Shown here: piece after piece, positions 47,050 through 60,424 of the stretch
How the letters are laid out: each line of letters opens with the position of its first letter
Numbering within the stretch: position 1 is the stretch's first letter
NCBI RefSeq assembly: GCF_001194135.2
Contig: NC_068981.1
Span: 19,920,350-19,984,349, forward strand
DNA: 64,000 nt
DNA from: Octopus bimaculoides
Taxonomy: Eukaryota
Direction: 5' to 3'
Translations under genes and position numbers: made by a program
Notes under the pieces: model-generated
What the model saw: only the letters and a program-made list of their open reading frames with translations
What the model was told of the DNA's origin: nothing
Database searches by the model: none

Positions 47050-47999
47050 NNNNNNNNNNNNNNNNNNNNNNNNNNNNNNNNNNNNNNNNNNNNNNNNNNN
47101 NNNNNNNNNNNNNNNNNNNNNNNNNNNNNNNNNNNNNNNNNNNNNNNNNNNNNNNNNNNNNNNNNNNNNNNNNNNNNNNNNNNNNNNNNNNNNNNNNNNN
47201 NNNNNNNNNNNNNNNNNNNNNNNNNNNNNNNNNNNNNNNNNNNNNNNNNNNNNNNNNNNNNNNNNNNNNNNNNNNNNNNNNNNNNNNNNNNNNNNNNNNN
47301 NNNNNNNNNNNNNNNNNNNNNNNNNNNNNNNNNNNNNNNNNNNNNNNNNNNNNNNNNNNNNNNNNNNNNNNNNNNNNNNNNNNNNNNNNNNNNNNNNNNN
47401 NNNNNNNNNNNNNNNNNNNNNNNNNNNNNNNNNNNNNNNNNNNNNNNNNNNNNNNNNNNNNNNNNNNNNNNNNNNNNNNNNNNNNNNNNNNNNNNNNNNN
47501 NNNNNNNNNNNNNNNNNNNNNNNNNNNNNNNNNNNNNNNNNNNNNNNNNNNNNNNNNNNNNNNNNNNNNNNNNNNNNNNNNNNNNNNNNNNNNNNNNNNN
47601 NNNNNNNNNNNNNNNNNNNNNNNNNNNNNNNNNNNNNNNNNNNNNNNNNNNNNNNNNNNNNNNNNNNNNNNNNNNNNNNNNNNNNNNNNNNNNNNNNNNN
47701 NNNNNNNNNNNNNNNNNNNNNNNNNNNNNNNNNNNNNNNNNNNNNNNNNNNNNNNNNNNNNNNNNNNNNNNNNNNNNNNNNNNNNNNNNNNNNNNNNNNN
47801 NNNNNNNNNNNNNNNNNNNNNNNNNNNNNNNNNNNNNNNNNNNNNNNNNNNNNNNNNNNNNNNNNNNNNNNNNNNNNNNNNNNNNNNNNNNNNNNNNNNN
47901 NNNNNNNNNNNNNNNNNNNNNNNNNNNNNNNNNNNNNNNNNNNNNNNNNNNNNNNNNNNNNNNNNNNNNNNNNNNNNNNNNNNNNNNNNNNNNNNNNNN
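47050..47999. other. Assembly gap after (GT)n
   Basis: Continuous N. Confidence 0.99.
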
Positions 48000-48475
48000 C
48001 ATACTCATATGTGTTCATATTTGTATGCACACATGTGAGACAGACAGAGGGGAAACACATAAACTATTCTATATATGAGATTTGTTGTGGAAGTAGTAAT
48101 TTATCCACTCTGATAATTTCGCTTTGCAGCTTGACTAGAAATGTAGAACTACGTTGAGTAATATGGAATCTGCTGTACTGCAGCAAGAGTGATGATCTTG
48201 CCAAGAAAGACACCACTTATGTGTGCTGTATTGGATTTATATACAGTATAATGTTGTTGTGATACAGTAAATACATTTGAGATTAGAATCTATACAGATG
48301 AAATAAATGTGTCAGATGTGTTCAAAGGATTGGGAGGATAATTAAAAATAGGAAAACATCACAATTTGATTGATATTGGAACAAGTTCAAAAGCAGACCT
48401 TGATGAACTTTCACCAAGTATTTCGAGTTAATCTTATAGGACTGAAATTAGTAAGAGGCAAAAAGACAAAACAAA

Positions 48476-48490
48476 ATAATAATAATGATG

Positions 48491-48534
<44 letters not shown>
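48476..48534. repeat. (AAT)n microsatellite
   Basis: Direct reading. Confidence 0.95.
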
Positions 48535-48536
<2 letters not shown>

Positions 48537-49094
48537 AGAAAGTAAAAAGAACAAATCTGTTGCAACAAGCAAACAGTAAATACATTAAAACACCTAAATA
48601 AAACAAACCAAAAGCAGATATGAATCCTGTCTTAATATTTTATTTCTGGAAAAGAAATATTTTGTCCATGTAGTGTTTTGATTGAAAGCCATTACAAAGT
48701 AGACTAATTACTCTTTTACCAATTCCATCAGCATATTAAATTGAGCTAATGTAAAATAAAACATGTCTCATCATTAGAGGTTAGGAATATGGTGGGGTTA
48801 ATGATATGTATCTTTGTCTGATTTCAAATCAACCATTGTAAAATGGAGACTAGAGAGAGAGAGAAAGAGAGAGAAAAAAATGACCAAGTAAATCAAGACT
48901 GGGAGAAAATGGAAAATATTTTTTTTGCTCTTTTGTTTTCTTGTTTTTTTTTTTGTGTTTTTGTGTTTTTGAATAAAACCTCATCCATGACTTCTTTTGT
49001 TTATGCTTGAATTGTCTGATCAGAAATTGAAGACCTTTGTTATGTTCAGCTGAATTGTCAGGTAATCCTGCTCCATTTGGCACACTCTGACAGG

Positions 49095-49095
<1 letters not shown>

Positions 49096-49129
<34 letters not shown>

Positions 49130-49201
49130 ACTCCCTAGCTCTCTCTCTCTAACTCCCTAGCTCTTTATGTCACATGTCTTTCTTCTCTCTCTCTCTCTCT
49201 A

Positions 49202-49251
<50 letters not shown>

Positions 49252-49369
49252 ACTCACAATATCATGTCTTCTTTCTCTTTTTTTCTAACTCTCTAACTCC
49301 CTAACTCCTTAGCTTTCTAGTCTTTCTTATCTCCCTCCCTTCCTCCCCATATTTTTCTTTCTCTCTCTC

Positions 49370-49405
<36 letters not shown>

Positions 49406-49592
49406 AACCTGTAGCTCTCACTTATTTGTCCTTGTAACTCTCTCTCTCTCTCTCTCTCTCACTCACTCACTCTCTGATATGGTGCTCTTTATCTTTATCT
49501 TTGTGTAATGCCCATAACTTTCAGGGTATTAGTCACATTCAAATTCAGTTTCCTCTATCTCCCAACCTCATTTTCTCTGTCTCTCTTGTCAT

Positions 49593-49623
<31 letters not shown>

Positions 49624-49790
49624 TGTCATTCTCCTTATTCTCTCTCTCTCTATTTTAGTTCTTTCTCTCTGTTCTCTCACCAACTCACTTTCAAAACTTT
49701 TATTTTTCTTATCTGATCCCTGTCTAATTTTCTCCTGTCTGCCCTCTCTAAATGCCTTAATCATCCTCACTATTTACTAAAACAATCTCC
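49096..49790. repeat. Long (CT)n-rich polypyrimidine tract with repeated CTAACTCC
   Basis: Direct reading. Confidence 0.85.
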
Positions 49791-50497
49791 TTTAATTTTC
49801 CATAACCTTCATTCGCTAACCCCTCTAGTTACCATTTCCCTTCCCCCACTAGCCTATCATTCCAACCACAATTTTTGTGATAATATTTTACAATGTACAT
49901 GGATATTGAGAATATCAAACATTCTAAGCATCAGTTTCAGACAGAAAAGTCTAATAGCCTCACTGCCAACACTTAAGCAATGTATCTATGGTTTGTCAAG
50001 TAATAATATTATTTATTATACTGCAGTCCATTTTAATTTTGGTGTTGTGGAGGATATTCTTCTACTACTTTCACTCCACTGTCTTCTTTCCCCATTATAA
50101 TTCATCTCCCTTTTAGGGCTAACAGAATACATTAATTGCCAAATAGATATGTAGTTTGAATACTATTACTAAGGATTATTGCACTTTTCTATTGAAAATT
50201 ACACTGCTTTTCTATCTTGTATATTTTATGTCACATTTGATGAACAATAGCCTTGTTCATTAAACAGATTTTGGTGGGCCGATCAGTGGATCACTGCATT
50301 TACAATAACAAGTGTGACAAGGAAATACCTGTGCATTGTAGGTGGAGAAATATCACAGGATATTTTTGTTTAAAATTACTAGTTTCTTAGGCCACTGATG
50401 TTTGCATTTTTAGCTGATATACTTTAGTATAAGATATACTCATACACGTATGTACATATATATGTGTATATATCTATATGTATCTATATCTATATAT

Positions 50498-50528
<31 letters not shown>

Positions 50529-51008
50529 NNNNNNNNNNNNNNNNNNNNNNNNNNNNNNNNNNNNNNNNNNNNNNNNNNNNNNNNNNNNNNNNNNNNNNNN
50601 NNNNNNNNNNNNNNNNNNNNNNNNNNNNNNNNNNNNNNNNNNNNNNNNNNNNNNNNNNNNNNNNNNNNNNNNNNNNNNNNNNNNNNNNNNNNNNNNNNNN
50701 NNNNNNNNNNNNNNNNNNNNNNNNNNNNNNNNNNNNNNNNNNNNNNNNNNNNNNNNNNNNNNNNNNNNNNNNNNNNNNNNNNNNNNNNNNNNNNNNNNNN
50801 NNNNNNNNNNNNNNNNNNNNNNNNNNNNNNNNNNNNNNNNNNNNNNNNNNNNNNNNNNNNNNNNNNNNNNNNNNNNNNNNNNNNNNNNNNNNNNNNNNNN
50901 NNNNNNNNNNNNNNNNNNNNNNNNNNNNNNNNNNNNNNNNNNNNNNNNNNNNNNNNNNNNNNNNNNNNNNNNNNNNNNNNNNNNNNNNNNNNNNNNNNNN
51001 NNNNNNNN
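50529..51008. other. Assembly gap between (AT)n tracts
   Basis: Continuous N. Confidence 0.99.
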
Positions 51009-51022
51009 ATATATATATATAT

Positions 51023-51228
51023 AATCATCATTTAACATGTGCCATCCATGCTGGCATTAGTGAGATAGTTTAACAAGAGTTGGCCAAGCACAAGCCTCAG
51101 GCGAGGTCAGTTTTGGCAAGGCTTTTATGGCTGGATGCCCTTCCAAATGCCAACCACTTTACAGTGTGGACTGGGTGCTTTTAAGTGGCACCTGCACTGA
51201 CAGGGTCATTAAGTACTTGCAAGACAAA
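51023..51228 (-). mobile_element. Family A 3' UTR copy
   Basis: CATCATTTAAC...CCATGCTGG...GCTGGATGCCCTTCCAAATGCCAACC. Confidence 0.75.
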
Positions 51229-51394
51229 CTATATATATATGAGAATTAAAGGTAATCACAAGTTTATATTTACAGTTCCTGTGTGCATTTCACCATAGTT
51301 GCTTGGATTCCCACAACAGATCATCATCAGAGAAATTTTATTGCATTAAGTTACAGATAACTATGTGTATGCACACACATGTACACACACATGC

Positions 51395-51525
51395 ACAGAA
51401 CAGACTTCTGTACAGTTTCTATGTAGAAAAAAATTTCACTTGCCAAAATTGGTATGCAGTGAGATTGATCTCAGAATGATGTAGTTGCAAGCAGAACTTC
51501 TTAACCACACGGCTACACCTGCTTC
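51395..51525 (-). mobile_element. Decayed family B SINE head; other decayed family B pieces at 52545-52630, 53820-54000 and 61330-61500 (all -)
   Basis: CTTCTTAACCACACGGCTACACC head end; degenerate B box. Confidence 0.55.
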
Positions 51526-52250
51526 CATGCATGCTTACAACATATATAATAATCTTAACAGTAAATGTCATAATTTACATATTGATATTCTGAAATAGTT
51601 CTAGAATAAACCAGTTTCTATTGTCAGAATGATATAAATATAATACCACAGTTTGGAGTTAATTGCATCTCTAACATATTATATTCTTCAGTTTTGTTTT
51701 TTTTTTTGTGGGTTTTTTTTTTGGTTTTTTTTTCTCCAAGATTATTATTCCTTGTTTATTGTTCAGCACTGTCTTTTTCTTTTTTTAGCCATTTCCTCTA
51801 TACTCTATAACATTAAAGATCTGACACCATTTACGTAGCTCTAAGTGTGATTGCCAATGTTATTGTTGTTGCAGTTGTAACTGTTGTGATTGTTGTTATT
51901 GTGATTATTGCAGTTGTTGTTGATGTTGTTGTTTTTTAGTGTAGTCTAAATAGATACAGGAAATCCAGTTAAAGCATTAAATTAATCTTAGTGTCGTAAC
52001 ACTAAGACAAATTAAATTGCGTGTGAAGGAGGTAAAATGTCTCGCTCAATAAACTTTCCTTATGGAGGTGATTCTACTATTTATTTGTGATATATAGATG
52101 CCTCTTAACTGGTTCTGTCTTCATAATAGACTCAAGAGACTGTTGACCAAAACAATAATACTTCGATGGTCTCCATCAATGAAGTTTATTGCCTCAACTA
52201 CTTTCCTTATACATCCGGACATTCACTATACATCTGTCTATGAAATCAGG

Positions 52251-52330
<80 letters not shown>

Positions 52331-52340
52331 GTGTATGTGC

Positions 52341-52385
<45 letters not shown>

Positions 52386-53199
52386 CGTAGATATATATGC
52401 ATGGATGCGTGTGTGTACATGTATGCATGTTTAAGCATATATATATACATATCTATCTATATGTAAGTGCATATATATGTTTCTGTGTACATATATTTAT
52501 GGAGAAAGAGAGAGAGAGAGGCAGAGAAATATGTGTGCATACATCTTTTACTGGCTTCAGTAATTGAACTATGGCCATTCTAGGGCATCACCTTCAATGG
52601 CTTTTAACTGATTATGTCAACCCCATATTTTGTCGAGAACTAATTTCAGCTTTCTCATTAAACACAAAATGCAAAGTGAACATTGGCTTAATGGAAGATA
52701 ATTCTGTTGAGCTTGAATACCCTAGGGTATATAAATAAAACTGTGTATATACATATGAGAAATGTTCCCCTATCCACTGACACATATAACTGTACACATA
52801 GATGTTCAGTTTTTCCCTGTATAAGTATAGGTATATACGTTTATTGTGTAAGTATATCTATATATTGTTTGTTTGTATCCATACCACATGGAGCACCCTA
52901 CAATGCAACAGACGGTTTTTGATCAAACGACAGAGAAATAATTTATAATAAAATCCCCTGAATTGTAAGAGCTTCTTTTTGGTCATAAAAATATGGCAAT
53001 CAATATATCTAATATAGAAATTTTGAAACTTCTAGTATGTTGCAACCCACTAAGATTTTCTGAATATTTTCTTAATATATTCTTTACTGTAAATAACATT
53101 GAGTACTTACTATTTTTGTTCATACTAACAACACCACATATCAATTTGTCTATCTATCTTCTCCACCCACTATTCTTAAGAAGGTCTTCACACACCTTC

Positions 53200-53750
53200 T
53201 CTATCATGTTCTCTTAAAAGCATCTCTTTCCAGCTGGATTCTCAAGCATGACCAATTGAGACTGAATATTATCCAACCATCTTATTCTTGGTCTTCCCCT
53301 AGGTTTACTTCTTGTTGCTCAAGTTTGAAAAATCTGTCTTGTGATTCTTTTCTGTGACATTCTAATCACATCTCTATAGTACTGTTAGTGTGAGGTCTCA
53401 GTGCAGAGAAGTAGCAGCTCAGCCAGAAGAGACCCCCTGATCTCTGAGCTACACATTCTATCAAGTAACGTTACTCTAGAGATCCTTCAGAAGAACCCCA
53501 TTTCAACCACTTGTATTCACACTCATACTTTTTTGGTCATTACCTAACATCCATGACTATAGGTGAGAATAGGCACAGAAACCAAACTGAAAATAGCAAG
53601 TTTGGCTTTTTTTTAACCCTCTCCTCTTCTGAGGATTGAATGCCAGAGGTGGTGCATTTCTGTACCAACACCTGCAATTCTTAGTTTCCAATTCAGGCAT
53701 CAGCTTCCTATTTCTTGAATATGGTTCTGAGATAACTTAAACTTCTTCAC
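53200..53750 (-). mobile_element. RTE-clade (Expander/Rex3-like) LINE remnant
   Basis: VKKFK, VSVPILTY, IQVVEMGFF*RISRVTLLDRMCSSEIR, VIRMSQKRITRQIF, KPRGRPRIRWLDNI. Confidence 0.75.
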
Positions 53751-54249
53751 TAATGGTCAGTGATGCAAATACAAAAGAAAATTGATAAAACATGAAATTA
53801 AATCATAGTCACTAGTTTTCAGACATACGCTGGAACTGGAGAACATCAGCTTTTGTTCACCAGCTTTCACTCACCAAGCATTAGTCAACCCAAAGCTATA
53901 GCAGAAGAAATAAGACTTGCTCACATTGATGTGTAAGAGGATCAAAAATGGAACCACATGCTTGTGAAGTGAAGTTTTCAAGCACACAGCTACACATGTA
54001 CCTCTCTCTTTCTTTCTCTTTCTATATATGTATGCATGTATGTATGCTACTGTTCAGTTTTATTTCAAAACTTCTTGCTAATAGAGAAAGAACTGGTTTC
54101 TAACCTTACTCAAGGCTCCTTCATTGGAATTTCAACATCAACAATAGGGTATTTTTGTTTGTATGCATGTATATGTGCAGATTTGTGTTTTGCTTTATGT
54201 ATGTACTCTTATGCATATAGTTACATATCTAGACATGCTCATATATATT

Positions 54250-54665
54250 TAAATGATAAACTTCTGGAAAGTTTTACAGATTTTTACAGTTCCAGTGATG
54301 GATTGGATTTGTAGTTTTTGAATCAGCTTTCTTCTTTCTGGTTTTGAGAAGCCTAGTTTCTCAAGATTGGTATTTAGGAAGTGTGTTACATATCCCAGGG
54401 CCCTAATAATTACAGGTATAAACCTGAACTTGTAAGCTAGATAGAGTAACTGCATATTTCTCAATAGTTCAGCATAGGTGTGCTCTTTTTAACTGATCTT
54501 CAGTTTTATGTTAACATCTGCTGGGCAGCTAATTTCCACAACTGTGAACAGTTTCTTTTCTCTATCCCAGATCATTATATCAAGTCTGTTGTGCTTACAT
54601 TTTATTGATGTCTTCACTGGGACATTCCACCAGTACTCCTTTTTATTATGAGTGACTATGGCTTC
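54250..54665 (-). mobile_element. REL non-LTR retrotransposon C-terminus (R4/NeSL-like, third family)
   Basis: KEYWWNVPVKTSIKCKHNRLDIMIWDREKKLFTVVEISCPAD...K*KEHTYAELLRNMQLLY...FIPVIIRALGYV...GTVKICKTF. Confidence 0.8.
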
Positions 54666-54667
54666 TT

Positions 54668-54735
54668 ATGTATGTATGTATGTATGTATGTATGTATGTA
54701 TGTATGTATGTATGCATGCATGTATATGTATGTGT
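54668..54735. repeat. (TATG)n microsatellite
   Basis: Direct reading. Confidence 0.95.
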
Positions 54736-54736
54736 A

Positions 54737-55338
54737 CTATTTGCTGTGTACCAACATAGCTCCTTTACTTATGTGAGATATGGACCCTTCACAAATGTCA
54801 TGTAAAGGTCCTTGAATGCTTCCATCAGAGATGTCTGAGACACATTCTGAATGTTGGCTGGACTTTAAAAACTCCAGACACACAGGTCTTGAGGAAAGCT
54901 GATATCTTGAGTATTAAGGTGATGGTGCACAAACACAGGTTACATTGGACTGTACACCTTATTAGAATGAAGGATAGCAAGTTCCCTAGACAGATGCTAT
55001 ATAGGGAACTTGTTAGTGGAAAGAGACCCCGGCAGAAACCAAGGCTGCAGTTTAAGGACTGTGTCAAGTCCTCATTAAAGGCCTGTGATATGCAGGAAAC
55101 CAATTGGGAGAGTGATGCCTGTCATTACCACAGATGGAGGAAGCAGGTTAAGGAGGGAGAGGGGGTTGACATCTTTGAAAAAGCACGTATTCTTCATGAA
55201 GAATTTAAATGTGCTGCTCAAAAGCACACTGCTAGCGTAGTAAATGGGGAAAGCTTAGTTTGCAATGTTTGCAGTCATGTATGCTTGTCAAGAGCAGGGC
55301 TTTTTAGCCACCAACAGAGCCGCAAAGGCAAAATGTAA
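54737..55338 (+). mobile_element. RTE (BovB-like) LINE C-terminus with terminal C2H2-type zinc finger
   Basis: LLYLCEIWTLHKCHVKVLECFHQRCLRHILNVGW; HRLHWTVHLIRMKDSKFPRQMLYRELVSGKRP; CNVCSHVCLSRAGLFSHQQS. Confidence 0.88.
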
Positions 55339-55449
55339 GTTAGTCCTAGCACATTGATTTAGTGTCTGTTACTGATGAAGCATAACCATGCAGAAATGCA
55401 TGTCTGATGAAGGCATTCATATCCCAAGCTTAGTGTGATATATGATATT

Positions 55450-55623
55450 ATATAATATAATCTAATATAATATAATATAATATAATATAATATAATATAA
55501 TATAATATATTATAATGGTTGAATTGGTGTCAATGTTTGTAACAAATTCTAGTGGTTGTGAAAACTCTTAAGTTCACTTTATTTAATGTATTATTGAAAA
55601 ATATGTCATACACATACATAAAC

Positions 55624-55704
<81 letters not shown>

Positions 55705-55724
55705 AGCTGCAGCAGTAGTAGTAG
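55450..55724. repeat. (ATATA)n pentamer (55450-55513) and (GTA)n (55623-55724)
   Basis: Direct reading. Confidence 0.95.
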
Positions 55725-56589
55725 TAAGCTGCAACATCCTCAACAACTTCAAGAAGGACAGTATCAAACAGCTGAAACAACACTAGCAACCAATATATAT
55801 ATGACAATATGAAAGAAAACTATTGAAATCTCTTATATAAATAAAATTGTATTACATAAAACATTGATAACTGAATATTTTAATTATAATTCTTGTATTT
55901 AGAAGGAATGCATTGAAAATATTTGGGTTGTATAGATTTCATTTCTATCAATTTTTTATTATCAAACTGTATTTATATGTATTAGGTTTTCAAAATATTG
56001 CTTCCACCATTCTAGTTTATGTCTCAACCAATATCAAATAGTCCCACTCTGAAAGAACTTATTGTCTTACAATCAATTTTAGTCATAATGATTTATGGTT
56101 GCCACTGTAGTATCGCATTACTATTCTTCTTTCAGTCTTTGGACAATTTTATTGTCTATGCTGCATTGTAGGCTAGCAGTTTCCCTACTAAATATAGATG
56201 TAGCTGTTAGCTATTGTAGTATAGAGATCTACAATATCATACTCAGATAGATGTGCTTATGTGCATCTACATATCTTATTTTATAGGCCTACTCTGCATT
56301 GTGTCGAGTGATGTACCTGTAGATGTATCTTATATCATAGAAATGCATTGTCTAATATAGATAGATGTATTTTGTAAATAGAAAATATATTCTATATTGA
56401 AGACCTTAAGAGTATGTTATGTACATAGAAATACTTGTTAGATATAGTATATTGTGGACCTTCATTATCTTTATATAGGTGTACCTATTAGATATATTTT
56501 GTAATACAGTGTCCTATGTAGAGATATCACATATCAGGTACTGTTTGTAGACCTGCATTGTTTCATATAAATAGATCTACTAGCTAAGT

Positions 56590-56985
56590 ATATATATTTT
56601 ATCTTTTACAAGTTTCAGTCATTAGACTGCAGCCATGATAGGACACTGCCTTGAAAAATTTTTAGTCAAATGAGTTGACCCCAGTACATTTTTTTTTAAG
56701 CCTGGTGCTTATTTTATCAATCACTCTTGCTGAACCACTAAGTAAAAATACTAACACTGCTTGTCAAGTGGTGAGGGGTGGACAAAAACAGACACAAAGA
56801 TGTACACACATAAACACATATATGACAGGCTTCTTTCAGTTTTCATCTACCAAATCCACTCACAAGGCTTTGATCAGCCTAAGGCTATAGTAGAAGACAC
56901 TTGCCCAGGTGCCTCACAGTGGGACTAAACCTGGAACTATGTGATTGGGAAGCAAGCTTCTTACCACATAGCCATGCCTACACCT
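56590..56985 (-). mobile_element. Full-length family B SINE
   Basis: ACTTGCCCAGGTGCC...CAGTGGGACTAAACC...CTTACCACATAGCCATGCC. Confidence 0.85.
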
Positions 56986-58284
56986 ATATATATATATATA
57001 TATATACACACACATATGCATACATACATACTTTATTTATCATGTATTGTAGCCTACAGTGTCTCAGATAGAGAGATGTGCCTATTAGATATATGTTCAG
57101 TTTTATAAAGCCAAGGAAAGTAGAATGGCAGGATTATGAGAGTGTGGTTCTGTTGCTCTTTTCCTTTTTTTTTTTTTTTCCATTTTTTGGGTGTTGGGTG
57201 GGAAGACTTCTTTCATGGTATCACAATATTAATTAGATTTGAATTTTCTGAAAGTGCTCAGTGGGTTGCGAGCAGTTACATGCATTTAGATTTACAAATT
57301 GAGGGAAAAAATACAATCAACACATCTATCAGAGTTTATTTATTTGTTTGAAAATGCTGATTCACTCTGTTGCTACTCTGAGATTCTTATCACATATGAT
57401 CCTTAATTTATTTTGTCACCTGAAGAATTGTACATAGCAAGACACTCTGAGAGGTGATTTAGCAAGTAAATGCCTTTAAGTAAATGCATATATGACAATG
57501 GTACACACACACACACACAAACGTACACATTATATACATATATATATATATTTATATACACACATACACACACACAAGCACTTGCTCTATACATTCACAG
57601 CATGCATAGCATACATAGTTTTCAACTTCAGTAATGAAGTTTCATAATACAGACACTCACACACATAAATATAAGTATTCTTTATAAAGCACTTCAATCA
57701 AGTTCTTGAATCTGAAGAACTAAGAATTCCTTTCTAAAATTGCAATTCAATTCTTTAATTGAAAGTTTGATTATTTAGAGTCAGGAATTGCGGAAGAAAA
57801 CAGGCAGAACTAACAAGATTTCCCATGGAACTCCCTGTTATTTCTAATGTCTTCAGTTCTTTCTTTATTTTAGACATGATCAATTTAAGAAATTAATAAT
57901 TCTATTGAATTAATTAATTTTTGAGAGAAAAAGGAACACATATTTTTTGTTTTGTCATTTATTTATTTTTTTTATTTTGTCAAAGGAACTGGAATAATTA
58001 ATTGATAAATAAACACATGTAGACAGATTTGCACTCATACACTATACATGCATTCACACACGCACATTTTCTATCTCTGTCTCTCTCACTCTCTATCTCT
58101 CCCCCACCCCACATCTTTCTCAGACCTCCTATACACATCTGTGAACACTGAAGCAGAAATTTACCAAATATAACATTACATACACACGTTAACAGTCCTG
58201 TCACCATTTTAGAATGACTTATACAAATATAATAAATCACACAACCCCCCACCCCATATCATAAGTTTATAATGGATCTTCCTT

Positions 58285-58430
58285 TGGTGATTCAACCTGC
58301 TAGAAATAGTGACCAGATCTCTCACAAATTACACCCTGCTGTCTTAAAACAAGAAGGACACACAAAATAATGTAGTCCTAGAAACACTGGCTAAAAAGTA
58401 AGATAGTCACAGCTAGCCTTTACTTATCAG
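58285..58430 (+). mobile_element. Family D repeat copy
   Basis: CAACCTGCTAGAAATAGTGACCAGATCTC...AAGGACAC...AATGTAGTCCTAGA. Confidence 0.65.
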
Positions 58431-58730
58431 TTACCAATTACATACATATAGAAAGGACTTTACATTACAGCTTATATATACATCCATAACTATTACTCAC
58501 AAACAAGTATTACCAGGTAGTATGAACCATGATTTGACTAATTGTTTTAGGTACCTATGAAGGTGTCGCAAGATGTAGATACTCTTTCAGCCTTCCCACT
58601 CTTGATCCAGTGAAACATAGAGGATATACTTTCAGTTGAATAGACAGAAGTAATATGAAATGGAGTGCCTTGCTGAAGTACATTACCAGGTCCAGGAATT
58701 GATCCCATAACCTGATGATTGAAAATTTAG

Positions 58731-58949
58731 CCCTTTAGCGTTCATATTACTCTGTAAGATATAATTCTTATTTATTTACATTGTTTTGATTTAAGTTGCA
58801 TTATCTCATAGCTTTGAGATTTTGATGATGTGATTGTTTATTTTTAGAATGACATTGCTGGATAAGTTTGAGAGGTCAGATCTCGCTGTTCTGAACATAA
58901 AATAGGCAGAATTTTTTGATTGGATATGACCAGTTTAAAAGCTGAAGGG
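58731..58949. mobile_element. piggyBac-like MITE, 219 bp
   Basis: TTAG|CCCTTTAGC ... GCTGAAGGG|TCAA: CCC/GGG-ended TIRs with a decayed TTAA target. Confidence 0.6.
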
Positions 58950-59180
58950 TCAACGCACTAATCTCTATGCCTGTGCCTCTGCTTACACATGCGTACATGT
59001 ATGGAAAAAATTGCAAAGTTACTGAAATTATGAAAAACTAGTAATAGCACCTTACATACACTAACATATTTGAATACACATACATGCAATGATCTTTATA
59101 CAACAGCTTACACATACATACATACATGATTGCATATACACATACAAGCAAGCATACATACATGTGCAAGGTATGTTATG

Positions 59181-59365
59181 GAAGCAGTTGTCACATACAT
59201 AGATATATGAACAACCTTACATGGATTTTCACATACATGACTGAAGAGTCTTACACAGAAGATTTACACACACATAAATATATGAAGAATTTTCACAGCA
59301 TTTTAGACATACATAGATTAAGATGAATTTTACATAGCAATTTAATTTACACATACATAGATGAA
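59181..59365. repeat. Degenerate minisatellite, about 40-bp unit, 4-5 copies
   Basis: CACATACATAGAT..ATGAA...TTACA...ATTT recurs. Confidence 0.6.
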
Positions 59366-60424
59366 CAAATGTGTATAGATGTAAGAAATGTGTTGATTAA
59401 AGAGACAATAATTTGTGTACCCAAGTAGAAATAGTGAAATATAAAATTCTAAAGCGAATCTGTTCAGCTCATTATTAGCCACAAACATCTGTGTGAAGAG
59501 CTCTATCTCTCTTTTCCCTCTCTCTTTCTTTCCCTCCTCCCTTCCTCCCTCTTTCCTTCTCTTAGTCTCTGAAGAGTTCTCCCTTTCTTTGAAACTTCTG
59601 AAGAACTTCTTCTCATTATATGCGTGTTCCCTTCGGAGAATATTTCTATTGAAACAATAGAATTCCTGTAAACTAGCTGCATGTAAACATCAGTAATTTC
59701 AGGTACACATTGTACCGTTAGGACTGTTTTACACACACACACACATACACACACACATACACACACACACACATATGCATACATATGCCTACATATACAT
59801 CATACATACTCAAGCATTCATAACCTTGCACACATATGCGTATATCCATACATATACACATATAAACACACACAGTAGTCTGATGTTTATGTTTTCCATT
59901 AAGTTCAACTAGCATCATTAGTGTCATTATTCAACTCTCTTTCTTTCTCTCTCTCTTTCTCTTTCTCTCCCTCTCCTTTCCTCTGCATATATGCCTGTAT
60001 GTGTGCATACACTAATCATGAACCATCAGAAAATATATCACCATACACCATCTTCCACAAGAATAAACCAACCCTTTAGAATTCTGTCTTAACCCTTAAA
60101 TATAATTTTACACTAAAAATTTCCCCAGTTAAAATCTATTAGTTATTTTTCTCTCTTTGATTGCTGTACCATATGTACCATTGACTACCACATGAATAGC
60201 ATCAAGATGACTTTTACATAAGCTACCAGTCTTGTCTGCACAGACTAAAAGGAGAGAGCTTCTATATGATCATTAGACCATGTAGAGATTTTACTGCTTG
60301 GAACAGCTGTTAAATCTCTATCAAACCACTACCATCTTAAAATCAGAATACATAGGTTGGGTATACTTGGGTATACTTTTCCAGGATTGTTCTGCTTAAA
60401 GATTGACTTGGAACTGAACTTACA

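Noticed and set aside
59566-59702. Exon-like segment after a strong pyrimidine tract, ending CAG|GTACAC
   Set aside because: Stops in all three frames, weak donor, and the tract is a simple repeat
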